Positions 8,072-17,887 are shown, counted from the stretch's first letter. The stretch is DNA of 64,000 nucleotides from an uncultured delta proteobacterium (GCA_963716725.1 CAVQUB010000003.1:192001-256000); one strand, 5' to 3'. Numbers and translations are program-made. The notes: generated by a model not told the origin, from the letters alone.

Positions 8072-10075
8072 GTGAGCGTCCAGTCCGAACCCAAGACCAC
8101 CGACGGCGAGCTCCGCGCGTTGTCACCCCGCGCCGAGGGCGCGGTGGCTGCGCTGACGGCCCTCTCTGATGCGCTGGCGCGGCACCCCCTGGCGCAGGGC
8201 GCGGCGATCACTCGCCCCCACCCCTTGCTGTCGATGGTGCGCCGCGGGCCCGTCAGCGTGCTGCTCTGCCCGTCGTCGGTCTGGGACTCGGGTCGCGAGC
8301 TGCTCGGTCCCTACACCGATCGCATCGCTGCCGCCGAAACGCGGCTGATTCTGCTGGGCCGCCCCGCCGATCCGGATCTCGCTCAGGCTTTGAACCTGGG
8401 GCTCGCCGCCATCGTGCCCAGCGAACCCAACGCGGCCGAGGTCGCAGTGGCCGTGCACCAAGCCTTCGAGCTGATGGACGTCAAGGCGCGCAGCGAGAGT
8501 CGCGGCAAGTGGCTGAACCGCTATCGCTACGAGCTCGGCGAGCTGATCGAGATCGCCCGCGCGCTGACCACCGAGCGTGAGATCGGCAAATTGCTTGGGC
8601 TGATCCTCGAAAAGAGCCGCTTCGTCACCGGCGCTGACGCCGGCAGCATGTACGTGGTCGAGGGCACCGACCACGACATCACCAAGAAACTGCTGCGCTT
8701 CAAGACCAGCCAGAACGAGTCGGTGCAGTTCGATTCGCGGGAGTTCACCATGCCCATCAGCCCGCGCAGCATGGCGGGCTGGGTGGCGCTCGAGAAGAAG
8801 AGCATTCGAATCGACGACGTCTACGACATGCCGAAGGACTCCACCTTCGGCTTCGACCGGTCCTTCGATCAGAAGGTCGGCTATCGCACCAAGAGCATGC
8901 TCTGCACACCGCTGATCACCAAAGAAGGTGAGGTCATCGGCGTGCTCCAGCTGATCAACAAGAAGCGCGACGCGAGCACCAAGCTGCTCTCCCCCGAAGA
9001 CGTCGAGCGCCTGGTGGTGCCCTTTGACGACCGCGCCGAGCAGCTGATGCAGACGCTGGCGGCTCAGGCCGGCATCGCCCTCGAAAACGCGATGCTGTAC
9101 GACGAGATTCGGTCCATCTTCGAGGGCTTCGTGCGCGCCAGCGTCGACGCCATCGAGCAGCGTGATCCGACCACCAGCGGTCATTCACGCCGCGTCGCCG
9201 AGCTCACCGTGGGCCTCGCGCACGCCGTCGAGCGCACCGACACCGGGCCTTACAAAGACGTGGTCTGGAAGCGCGAGGACATCAACGAGATCGAATACGC
9301 CTCCCTGCTGCACGACTTCGGCAAGATTGGCGTGCGCGAGCACGTGCTGATCAAGGCCAAGAAGCTCTACCCGCACGAGCTCGTGCTCCTGAAACAGCGC
9401 TTCGATTTCGTCCGACGCGGCATCGAGGTCGATCTCTTGTCACGCAAGCTGAGCCTGATCGAGCGCGGGGGGCCGGCGGCGGATCTCGCGGACCTCGACC
9501 GCGAGCTCGCGACCCGGTTGGCCGAACTCGACGACGCCTGGTCCACCGTGAATCACGCCAACGAGCCCACCGTGCTCGCTGCCGGCGACTTCAAGAAGAT
9601 CGAGGACCTCGCCAAGCAGAGCTTCGCCACCCTCGAAGGCGGCCACGCGCCGCTCTTGACGGCCGAAGAGGTGAAGAGCCTGAGTGTGATGCGCGGCTCA
9701 CTCACCGCCGAAGAGTTCGACGAGATCCGCAGCCACGTCAGCCACACCTACCGCTTCTTGTCCAAAATCCCCTGGGGCAAGACCTTCGCCCGGGTGGCGA
9801 TCATCGCCGGCGCGCACCACGAGCGACTCAACGGCACCGGCTACCCCAACCGCTGGCGAGCCGAAGAGATCCCCGTGCAGTCGAAGATGATGAGCATCAG
9901 CGACATCTTCGACGCGCTGACGGCCAGCGATCGCCCCTACAAACGCGCGGTGCCCGTGGACAAGGCCATGCACATCCTCGATCTCGAGGTCAAAGACGGC
10001 CACGTCGATCCCGAGCTGGTGCGCATCTTCCGCGACGCCAAGGTCTGGGAGCAGATCATGGGCGCGCTGTACTGA
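8072..10075 (+). CDS. Degenerate receiver-like + GAF + HD-GYP cyclic-dinucleotide phosphodiesterase
   Basis: GTG at 8072; GAF (ADAGSMY...YRTKSML..PL...VIGVLQLIN); GHS.RV, LLHDFGKIG, HHERLNGTGYP, DIFDALT..DRPYK. Confidence 0.9.
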   Translation: MSVQSEPKTTDGELRALSPRAEGAVAALTALSDALARHPLAQGAAITRPHPLLSMVRRGPVSVLLCPSSVWDSGRELLGPYTDRIAAAETRLILLGRPADPDLAQALNLGLAAIVPSEPNAAEVAVAVHQAFELMDVKARSESRGKWLNRYRYELGELIEIARALTTEREIGKLLGLILEKSRFVTGADAGSMYVVEGTDHDITKKLLRFKTSQNESVQFDSREFTMPISPRSMAGWVALEKKSIRIDDVYDMPKDSTFGFDRSFDQKVGYRTKSMLCTPLITKEGEVIGVLQLINKKRDASTKLLSPEDVERLVVPFDDRAEQLMQTLAAQAGIALENAMLYDEIRSIFEGFVRASVDAIEQRDPTTSGHSRRVAELTVGLAHAVERTDTGPYKDVVWKREDINEIEYASLLHDFGKIGVREHVLIKAKKLYPHELVLLKQRFDFVRRGIEVDLLSRKLSLIERGGPAADLADLDRELATRLAELDDAWSTVNHANEPTVLAAGDFKKIEDLAKQSFATLEGGHAPLLTAEEVKSLSVMRGSLTAEEFDEIRSHVSHTYRFLSKIPWGKTFARVAIIAGAHHERLNGTGYPNRWRAEEIPVQSKMMSISDIFDALTASDRPYKRAVPVDKAMHILDLEVKDGHVDPELVRIFRDAKVWEQIMGALY

Positions 10076-10091
10076 GCCGGCGAACCCGGGG

Positions 10092-11021
10092 CTACTTGCC
10101 CGAAGTCTTGGGGAACACCAGCACGAAGGACCTGGGCGTCGGCTGGTAGAGCACGACCTTGTCGCCGAGCTTGGAGCCAACGTAGTGCTTCACCCAAGGC
10201 AGCGAGGTCCAGGTCTCCGTGTCCTTGATGTATTCGGGCACGATCAGATCGAGCTCGACGTAGCGATCGCCGGTGGCCTTCGCGAGGTCGGGGCCATAGG
10301 TCCAAGCCTCCCGGCCTGCGCGCGGGCTGACGTCGTTGTGCAAGGCGCCGCCGTAGGCGATCACCAGCTGGTCCTTGCCCGCCTTCTTGTTGCGATCCAC
10401 CTCCGCAACAGCGACCTCGCGGGTCAGCTTCGCGATGGTCTCGAGCATCACGCCGATGTCGCCGGCCCCAGCCTGGGTGATGCGCGTCAGATCCTCGCAG
10501 CTCGGTCGCAAGAGATCGGGAACGATGCCCAGCTCCTTGGCGCGCTTACCCAGCAGAACGTACTCGTTTTGGTTCGTCTCGGCCTGAGGCTCGGTCACGG
10601 GCTTCTGCTGCTTCGCGACCTGTTTCGTCTGCTTTTGACACTTCGGGTTCGGGAGCATGAGCTCCACGGCGAGGAAGCTCACCTTGCTCGCCAGCGTGGG
10701 CAGGATCTGCTCGGTGAAACGCTTGGTGGTCGAGGGCAGGTGCTCGCTGCCCTTCTGCGCGTGCGCCTCGCCGATGCCGAGAACGGCGGGCTTGGCCGCG
10801 AGGACTACGCCGATCGCTGCGTCGACCTTGTCGAAGGTGCGGCAGCCGAGCTCGCCACAGGCGCCGGGATCAGAGACCGTCACCGCCGGCTCGGGCGCGC
10901 TGCTGGCCGCGGCGGTCGCTGGCAGCGGTGGAGTCGGGTCCGGCTCCGGCGTGGGCTTGGCAGCGCCCGCACAACCGAGCAGATAAGCCGAGGCGAGAAC
11001 GGCGAGAGTGAGTCGCGGCAT
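10092..11021 (-). CDS. Hypothetical lipoprotein
   Basis: Lipobox LLGC, Pro-rich linker, globular domain with GIGEAH and YGGALHND. Confidence 0.8.
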   Translation of the reverse strand: MPRLTLAVLASAYLLGCAGAAKPTPEPDPTPPLPATAAASSAPEPAVTVSDPGACGELGCRTFDKVDAAIGVVLAAKPAVLGIGEAHAQKGSEHLPSTTKRFTEQILPTLASKVSFLAVELMLPNPKCQKQTKQVAKQQKPVTEPQAETNQNEYVLLGKRAKELGIVPDLLRPSCEDLTRITQAGAGDIGVMLETIAKLTREVAVAEVDRNKKAGKDQLVIAYGGALHNDVSPRAGREAWTYGPDLAKATGDRYVELDLIVPEYIKDTETWTSLPWVKHYVGSKLGDKVVLYQPTPRSFVLVFPKTSGK

Positions 11022-11116
11022 GGGAGCTCCAGCTTAGACCAAGAGCCGCGACCGAACTTGGGAAGCCGCGTATTCGTGACACGGCTCCGATCCGTGCTAG
11101 CGCTCGGCTCCAAGAG

Positions 11117-12085
11117 ATGACGTCGCCGACAGAGCCCTCCAGGTCGCGTCGCGTCGCCGCGATCGCCCTGGCGGCCGTGGCGATGGGCGCGCTGATGCCG
11201 CGAGCCCAGGCCGCGCCCAAGAAGCAGCGCTGTCCGGCCGGCATGGTCGGCGTCAGCGGCCGGTTCTGCATCGACGCCGTCGAAGCCAGCCTTGACGTCG
11301 TCGACGCCAAGGGCCGCACGCTGAGGCGTCACTCGCCCTACCAGACCGTCGCCACGGAGACCCGAGTAGTGGCCCGCGCCCGCCGCGGCGTGGTGCCCCA
11401 AGCCTACGTGAGTCAAGAGCAGGCCGCCGCGGCCTGCGAAGCCGCTGGCAAGCGCTTGTGCAGCGACGACGAGTGGCTCAGCGCGTGTCGTGGCAAGACC
11501 CCCAGCCTGTACCCCTACGGCGACGAGCACGCTGCCGGGCGCTGCAACGACAAGGGCGTGTCACCGCTGCGAATGCTGCACGGCGCGGCCGATGGGCTCG
11601 AGGTCTTCGGCATCGACGCGATGAACGACCCGAGGCTCAATCAGATCGCGGGCACCGTGGCGCGCACCGGGCAATTCAAGCGCTGCAAGAGCAGCGTGGG
11701 CGCCTACGACATGGTGGGCAATCTGCACGAGTGGACGGCCGACTCGGGCGGGACCTTCCGAGGCGGGTACTACCTCGACAACGAGATCAACGGCCGCGGC
11801 TGCGACTATGTGACCAAGGCGCACAACACCAAGTACCGCGACTACTCCGTCGGCTTTCGCTGCTGCAAAGGCGGCAAGACGGCGCCGAGCAAGACGACCA
11901 ACGACAAGACGACCAAGGACAAGAAGCAGAAGCAGGCCACGCGCACCCACGTGGTCGAGAGCGGCCAGACCTTGAGCGGGATAGCGCAGCGCTTCGGCAG
12001 CAGCGTGGACGCCATTTGCGCGGCGAACGGCATCGACAAGCAGGCGCCCATCGTGCCCGGACAAGAGCTGGTGATCCCGGAGTGA
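11117..12085 (+). CDS. FGE-sulfatase (SUMF1)-like domain + C-terminal LysM protein
   Basis: Signal peptide; GKRLC..EW, YDMVGNLHEW, GFRCC; LysM HVVESGQTLSGIA...GQELVIP. Confidence 0.88.
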   Translation: MTSPTEPSRSRRVAAIALAAVAMGALMPRAQAAPKKQRCPAGMVGVSGRFCIDAVEASLDVVDAKGRTLRRHSPYQTVATETRVVARARRGVVPQAYVSQEQAAAACEAAGKRLCSDDEWLSACRGKTPSLYPYGDEHAAGRCNDKGVSPLRMLHGAADGLEVFGIDAMNDPRLNQIAGTVARTGQFKRCKSSVGAYDMVGNLHEWTADSGGTFRGGYYLDNEINGRGCDYVTKAHNTKYRDYSVGFRCCKGGKTAPSKTTNDKTTKDKKQKQATRTHVVESGQTLSGIAQRFGSSVDAICAANGIDKQAPIVPGQELVIPE

Positions 12086-12140
12086 CGTCGTGTCCGCTTG
12101 CGAAGCGGGCCTTCTCGGCCTAGATCATGCGCTGCTTTCG

Positions 12141-12578
12141 ATGACTTACCCTGGGCTCGCTCTGATCGTGTGTGCTGCTACCGCCACCGCCCTCTCCTGC
12201 TCTGACGACGGCGGCGACGGGCCGAAGGACTGCAAGGTCGTCGCAGCCTTCGATCTGACCCTGCGGGCGGCGGGCGGCCCGCTGCCACCGGACACCACCG
12301 TCGAGGTGCAGTACGGCGGCGGGGTCGAGAGCTATCGGGTGGACGCGGGCATGCAGTCCCAAGAGGTCGTTCTTTGCGACGACGACGCCCCGGAGACCGG
12401 CGTCGGCGGCGTGACGGTGGTGCATTGCAAACTGTGGACGCAGGGCGCAGCGACCGTGAAGGTCACCGCCAGCGGCTTCCCGCCCGTCGAACAGACCCTC
12501 GAAGCCAAGGCCCAGGGCAAGTGCATCCAGACCGTGCCGGTCGAGATCGTCTTGGGCGACCAAGACGCCGGGCCCTGA
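12141..12578 (+). CDS. Hypothetical lipoprotein
   Basis: Lipobox ALSC; small beta-rich Cys-containing domain. Confidence 0.7.
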   Translation: MTYPGLALIVCAATATALSCSDDGGDGPKDCKVVAAFDLTLRAAGGPLPPDTTVEVQYGGGVESYRVDAGMQSQEVVLCDDDAPETGVGGVTVVHCKLWTQGAATVKVTASGFPPVEQTLEAKAQGKCIQTVPVEIVLGDQDAGP

Positions 12579-12657
12579 GCACGCGCGCAGCGGTTGTTGG
12601 GGGCGGCACGGATGACAGACAGCCCGGACGGCGCTATGGCTCCGCCCGGAGGGATGC

Positions 12658-13806
12658 ATGAGAGCTACGCACATCGCTGCGCGCGACGGATTCGCGCGCG
12701 CCGACGAGATCACCGCGATCACCGAGTTCGACAGGGCGTGGCAGGTCGAGGGACACGGTCCCCAGCTGCGCGCGGTGCGCGCGGCGGCCGAGGGCCTGCG
12801 CGAGCGGCTGGTGCGAGGACCTCGGACGGTGAGCGTCCGCTCGCTCCCGATCACCACCCTGGGCTACCCAACCAAGTACGGATTTGGCGGCGCTGCGCTC
12901 TCGCCGGCGCCGTGGCTGATCATGACCCACCGCTGCCTGCTCGTGCAGTTTCTCCAGCGTGGCGAGCTGAAGACGCTCATGTTCAACCCCACCGACGACG
13001 TCGCCGCGCGCAAGACGCCCTTCTTCGAGCGAACGATCCGACAATTCGGCGACTACATCGCGTTCAACCTGCTGGCCAAGCGCTTCGACAGCCTCGAGCA
13101 CCAGCTGGCGGCTCTGGGGGTCACCCGCGAATCCGTCGACTACGTGGCCTTCGACCACTTTCACACTCAAGATTTCCGGGGCCTGCTCGGCACCCAAGAC
13201 GCGGCCCACGCCCCGCGTTTCCCCAACGCCAAGCTCCTGGCCCAGCGCGCCGAGTGGGACGACTGGGACGATCTGCATCCCCTGCAGCGCGCTTGGTACG
13301 TGGCCGACGGCAAGGCCACAGTCCGCACCAACCAGGTCGTGCTGCTCGACGGGGACTTCGAGCTCGGAGACGGCGTGATGTTGCTCCGCACGCCGGGCCA
13401 CACCAGCGGCAACCAGACCTTGTTCGTGAACACGCCCGACGGCATCTGGGGCTCCAGTGAGAACGGCATCTCGGCCGACAACTGGTCGCCTCACGAGAGC
13501 CGCATCTCCGGTCTCGCGCGCACGGCCCGCATGCAAGACCTCGACGTGATCCCGAACTCGAACACGCCCGAGCTCGGCGCCCAGCAATACACGTCCATGC
13601 TGCTCGAAAAGACCATCGTCGACCGCGTCAACCGCGCGCCGGGCTTCGTGCAGATGTTCCCCTCGAGTGAGGTCACGCCGAGCCCGCTCGCCCCGGGGCT
13701 CTCGCCCACCATCGTGCACGGCGGACTGGTCTACGGCGAGGTGAGCCACGCCGAGGCCAAGCGCGTGACGCGAGCCAACGGCAACGGAGTGGCCGCGCGG
13801 CTCTGA
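12658..13806 (+). CDS. Metallo-beta-lactamase-fold hydrolase
   Basis: DHFHTQD (variant of HxHxDH) and TPGHTSG motifs. Confidence 0.8.
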   Translation: MRATHIAARDGFARADEITAITEFDRAWQVEGHGPQLRAVRAAAEGLRERLVRGPRTVSVRSLPITTLGYPTKYGFGGAALSPAPWLIMTHRCLLVQFLQRGELKTLMFNPTDDVAARKTPFFERTIRQFGDYIAFNLLAKRFDSLEHQLAALGVTRESVDYVAFDHFHTQDFRGLLGTQDAAHAPRFPNAKLLAQRAEWDDWDDLHPLQRAWYVADGKATVRTNQVVLLDGDFELGDGVMLLRTPGHTSGNQTLFVNTPDGIWGSSENGISADNWSPHESRISGLARTARMQDLDVIPNSNTPELGAQQYTSMLLEKTIVDRVNRAPGFVQMFPSSEVTPSPLAPGLSPTIVHGGLVYGEVSHAEAKRVTRANGNGVAARL

Positions 13807-13813
13807 TCCGCGC
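13795..13813. repeat. Left 19-bp direct repeat flanking vapBC
   Basis: GCGCGGCTCTGATCCGCGC, identical to 14564-14582; contains the MBL gene's TGA. Confidence 0.9.
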
Positions 13814-13868
13814 GGTTTGCGCCCGAGCTCGCCTTGACCCGACTGTGCCCAGGCATCATGATGCCTGA

Positions 13869-14132
13869 GTGCGGACCACCTTGACGCTCGACCCCGACGT
13901 CGCGAAGTTGCTCGAAGCGGAGGCTCATCGCCAGCGCAAGTCGTTCAAAGAGGTGGTCAACGAGGCGATCCGCCGGGGGCTCTCGCCGCGCAGGGAGCGG
14001 CCGCGAGCACCCTACCGGGTCCGCCCGCACAGGACCCACCTGCTGCCCGGCATCGATGTGGCGGGTTTCAACCGGCTCGCGGATGAAATCGAGGACGACG
14101 TGCGGCTTTCCAAGTCGCAGACCGGGCGATGA
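13869..14132 (+). CDS. vapB: VapB-type RHH antitoxin
   Basis: MRTTLTLDPDV...SFKEVVNEAIRRGL; its stop overlaps the toxin ATG (ATGA). Confidence 0.9.
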   Translation: MRTTLTLDPDVAKLLEAEAHRQRKSFKEVVNEAIRRGLSPRRERPRAPYRVRPHRTHLLPGIDVAGFNRLADEIEDDVRLSKSQTGR

Positions 14133-14560
14133 TCGTTCCCGACGTCAACCTGCTGCTCTACGCCGAGCTCGACGCGTTTACGCAACACGACCGGGCTCGA
14201 GTGTGGTGGGAGAGTTTGCTGGGAGGCGATCGGTCGGTGGGACTCGCTCCCGTCAGCGTGTTTGGCTTCTTGCGCATCAGCACCAACCGAAAGGTGTTCT
14301 CTGAACCGCTGGCGATGACCGACGCCATCGAGCGGGTCGAGAGTTGGCTCCAGCAGCCCTGCGCGACCTTTCTCGTGCCGGGCCCGCTCCATCTCGTTAC
14401 CGCGTTCCGACTGCTGAAGCAGATCGGCACGGGAGGGAACCTGACCACCGACGTGCAGCTCGCTGCTCACGCCATCGAACACGGCGGGGAGCTGCACAGC
14501 AACGACACGGATTTCGCTCGCTTCGAAGGGCTCCGTTGGGTCAACCCAATCGCCGGCTGA
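14129..14560 (+). CDS. vapC: VapC PIN-domain toxin
   Basis: MIVPDVNLLLYA, NLTTDVQLAA.AIE, SNDTDFARF..LRW.NP. Confidence 0.93.
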   Translation: MIVPDVNLLLYAELDAFTQHDRARVWWESLLGGDRSVGLAPVSVFGFLRISTNRKVFSEPLAMTDAIERVESWLQQPCATFLVPGPLHLVTAFRLLKQIGTGGNLTTDVQLAAHAIEHGGELHSNDTDFARFEGLRWVNPIAG

Positions 14561-14563
14561 TCG

Positions 14564-14582
14564 GCGCGGCTCTGATCCGCGC
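14564..14582. repeat. Right 19-bp direct repeat flanking vapBC
   Basis: Identical to 13795-13813. Confidence 0.9.
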
Positions 14583-15188
14583 TCACTTGCCCGCGGGCAG
14601 CGAGTTGATGTCCACGCGGGGCCCGTAGGATCGCAACACCGCGCGTTCGCGCCCGAAGTCGTCGCCGATGGTGCCCTCGGCATCCAGAGCGACGATGCCG
14701 ATGTCCGGACAGAATACGGTCGTGACGCGCTTCTGCACCGCGGTGCTCTCTTCAGTGGTCTCGACGCAGCCCGTGAAACGGCCCGCGGGCGTATCTACGG
14801 TGGCGTCGGTGCTGCGCACCACCACCTGGCCAAACTGACCCTTGAACTGCGCGGCCACGCTGAGCGGTGCCTTGAGCAACCAGCCGCCGTTGCTGAGGCG
14901 AATGCCTTGCTTCTCGATCTCGAGCCGCTGCGCCTTGCCGCCGACCACGAGCACCGCCTGGTTCGCCCGCGGCCGGTCGACGTGCATCATCAGCACGCCC
15001 TTCTCGCCGCTGTTCTCGATGGAGGTCTCGAAGGCGTAGACGGTGTCGGCTTTGAGCGGCATGTAGCGCTCGACGTCGGTGATGACCGGCTCGGTAGGAC
15101 CGAGCTTGCTGTCGTTCTGCGCGGCGGCCCCGCCGCAGCCGACGACGGCCAGCAACAGCCCGAGCTCAAAGTTTGTGCGAATAGGCAT
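14583..15188 (-). CDS. Hypothetical lipoprotein
   Basis: Lipobox VVGC; V.TPAG.F..C and FCPDIGIV motifs. Confidence 0.8.
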   Translation of the reverse strand: MPIRTNFELGLLLAVVGCGGAAAQNDSKLGPTEPVITDVERYMPLKADTVYAFETSIENSGEKGVLMMHVDRPRANQAVLVVGGKAQRLEIEKQGIRLSNGGWLLKAPLSVAAQFKGQFGQVVVRSTDATVDTPAGRFTGCVETTEESTAVQKRVTTVFCPDIGIVALDAEGTIGDDFGRERAVLRSYGPRVDINSLPAGK

Positions 15189-15549
15189 GGAGCACCAACA
15201 CCGCCAACAGGATGACCGAGGCGAGCAACAGGTAGCGGATCAGGGGATCCGGATCGATGCGCTGACGCAGCTCGAGGGCCGCGTCACGCACGCGCTCGTC
15301 TTCGGCCCGATCGGCCAACGCAGGCGCGTCCGCCCTCACCGTGGCAAAGTCGCCACGCTCGAAGGCCGCCACCAAGCGATCGAGATCCGGATCCACCGGG
15401 AACGTGAGCAAGAACCGTGGCCGTTCGCGGCCGTTCGCGTCGAGCTCGGAGCGACTGCCTGCCGCCTCACGCTTCTTCTTCCGCTTCTTCTTGCGCGGCT
15501 CGGGCTCGGCCTCGGCCTCGGCCCGTTCGCGCTCCTCGTCGTCAGCCAT
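15166..15549 (-). CDS. Small hypothetical protein with C-terminal TM helix
   Basis: ATG at 15549, Lys/Arg patch, C-terminal hydrophobic helix. Confidence 0.7.
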   Translation of the reverse strand: MADDEERERAEAEAEPEPRKKKRKKKREAAGSRSELDANGRERPRFLLTFPVDPDLDRLVAAFERGDFATVRADAPALADRAEDERVRDAALELRQRIDPDPLIRYLLLASVILLAVLVLHAYSHKL

Positions 15550-15645
15550 GGATCCGGCCGGAGCGTAGCGCGGCTCGGGGCGCGATCGCACGCGGCATCG
15601 GCGCCACGGCCGGATCCGCCTCCGCACTCCCTCGCTGCCCGGCGT

Positions 15646-16365
15646 TCACTGACAGGGCATCGAGGCGTAGGTGAGGGTCCCCGGCACGACCTTCAGCTCC
15701 ACGCAGGCCGGCGTTCCGTCCTTGCAGGCGAAGGCGTTTGGCGTGCAGGTCTTGTCGGGCGCGGTGAAGGTGGCCTTGTAGTCGCCAGCGGGCACGTCGA
15801 AATAGCCGGTCACGCCCAACTGACAGGTGGTGGCCGAGGGAGTGCACAGCACAGGCGTCGTTCCTTCGAACGCCAGCTGCACCGGGCCCTTGGTCGAACC
15901 TGACTTTGGGGAGAGGTCGAACTTCACGCCTTCAATGGGATCCGTTTGAAGAGACACCATGCCCAAGCCGAGATCGATCGAGCCGCCCAGAATGCCGGCG
16001 AGCGACTCGAACCAATTGGTGCTCTGGAAGCCGAACGGGTGCAGCCCCGACTCGAGGGACTCCTCGCTGATCACCTGAAAGCGCTTGGACAAGTACCCCG
16101 CCTTTTCGAACGAGAGCACGAGCTCGGCGTTCTTGGGCACCTTCAGATCTCCAATCCCGAGGTCGTCGCTCTTCGCGCACGGGATCTCGGGACGGTCAAC
16201 CACGCAGATCCGTACGTCGGGCACGCCCTTGCTCGCTTCATCGAGCACCGTGGCGTGAATCAGCCCATCGAGCTTGACGGCGTTGCTCTTGTCGGAGTCA
16301 TCCGATGAGCACGCCGAGGCGAAGACCAGCAGAAGCGCCAGGGGCGCCAGGACAAACCGCGTCAT
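15646..16365 (-). CDS. Hypothetical lipoprotein (carboxypeptidase-regulatory-like beta domains)
   Basis: Lipobox ASAC; GVPDVRIC, LSFEKAGY, VPAGDY. Confidence 0.75.
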   Translation of the reverse strand: MTRFVLAPLALLLVFASACSSDDSDKSNAVKLDGLIHATVLDEASKGVPDVRICVVDRPEIPCAKSDDLGIGDLKVPKNAELVLSFEKAGYLSKRFQVISEESLESGLHPFGFQSTNWFESLAGILGGSIDLGLGMVSLQTDPIEGVKFDLSPKSGSTKGPVQLAFEGTTPVLCTPSATTCQLGVTGYFDVPAGDYKATFTAPDKTCTPNAFACKDGTPACVELKVVPGTLTYASMPCQ

Positions 16366-16432
16366 GAGCGCATCGGAGGGCCGGCGGACCGCGGCGTCAA
16401 TGCTGGGGCAACCCGAATGAATACGGCCCCGC

Positions 16433-17513
16433 TCAAATCGCGATCTGCGAACCGATCTCGAACACGCGGTCGGGAGGGATCTTGAAGAAGGTCGTCGCGC
16501 CCTGGGCGTTGCGCGACATGAACGAAAACAGGTGCTCCCGCCAGCGCGCCATGCCCTCGCGCCCCTCCGCGAGCACCGTCTCGCGGCCCAGGAAGTAGCT
16601 GGTGTGCTCGAGTGAAAAGCTGAGCAGGCCGTGTTGGACGAGGAGCTGCGGAACGTCGGGCGCTTCCATGAACCCGTAGCGAGCGACGACCCGGGTGAAG
16701 CCCAGGGGCAGGTCGTCGATCTCGATCCGATGTTCTTCGGGTTCGCGCGCCCGCTCGGTCACCACGATCGTCAGCAGCACGATCTGCTCGTGGACCACCC
16801 GGTTGTGCAGGAAGTTGCTCATCAGCGCCGGCGGCGCCGCGCCGAGGTTGCTGGCCATGAACACGGCCGTTCCGGGCACGCGTTCCGGCCGCTCGGTGTG
16901 CATCAGCTCCAGGAAGTCTTCGATCGGCACGACCTGGGCGCGGATCCGCTCACCGAGCACCTCGCGTCCGCGCTTCCAGGTGGTCATGGCGGTGAACACC
17001 AGCGCCGCGACCAGCAGCGGGAACCAGCCGCCCCAAGATGATCACGGTCAGCGGGACGACCCACTGGGCAGCGGCGGGCGTCACCAACTCGAGGCCCTCG
17101 ACCGCCGACAGCACGCTGATGGCCGGGGTGATCATCCCGTCGCCATAGAGCAACGCGGCTCCAAAGAGCCCGAGGGCGATCACGATGGAGGATTTGGCTC
17201 TGCTGGCCGCGCCGCGCTCCATCGCCAGGGCCATCAGCGCCAACACGCCACCCTCGCCGCGGTTGTCCGCGCGCAGCACGTATGCCAGGTACTTCGCGCT
17301 CACCACCAGGGTCAGCGCCCAAAACACCAGCGACAGGATGCCAAGCACGTTGGCCGCGTCGACCCGCAGGTGATGCTCGCCGCCGAAGCACTCGCGCAGG
17401 GCGTAGAGAGGGCTCGTTCCGATGTCGCCGTAGACGACTCCGAGCGCGCCCAGGCACAAAAGCAGGAATTGGCGACGTCGTGGTGCGACGTCGGCCAGGG
17501 CCGATGCTGTCAT
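16433..17513 (-). pseudogene. kup: Kup potassium transporter with large internal deletion and frameshift
   Basis: N-terminal part has LGVVYGDIGTSPLYA, ADNRGEGG, YGDGMITPAISVLSAVEG. It joins out of frame near 17030 directly to GGWFPLL...MTTWKRG, RVPGTAVF, YGFME, FFKIP. The central TM block is absent. Confidence 0.88.
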
Positions 17514-17700
17514 TTTCGATCCTCGACTTCCTACCGAGGGTCAGCGCACTTTCGTGCGCCCTGGAGTGTCGGAATCGGAGCGAGGTGCCCCGGGGAGTGT
17601 TTCCCTTATCCCCGAGCCAGCGCTAAAGATTAGCGTCGGCGTCCAGACCCGGCTCCCGCCCTTGGCGGGATTCGGCTGTCTCGTCCGCTAGGGGCGAGAC
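17514..17700 (-). promoter_or_regulatory. Structured 5' leader of kup (candidate riboswitch)
   Basis: At least five hairpins, including GCGCAC-GAAA-GTGCGC and a CCTCG/CGAGG stem covering the GAGG RBS; starts with GCCGAATCC. Confidence 0.45.
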
Positions 17701-17887
17701 GGCGCCGCACATAGCTCCAGCCCGAGCGCCGGTCAACACGAGCAGCGTCGGCCGGTTGACCCGAACGGTGACATAGTCATCTTTTGGCGATTTTCGTCTC
17801 CCGACTGACGCTGTTCCCTCAGGGCTCGCCAGCCCCGCCTGAAGCGCGCGAGGCCTGCATGGCCGTTCTGCTACGCGCCGGCGCGGA

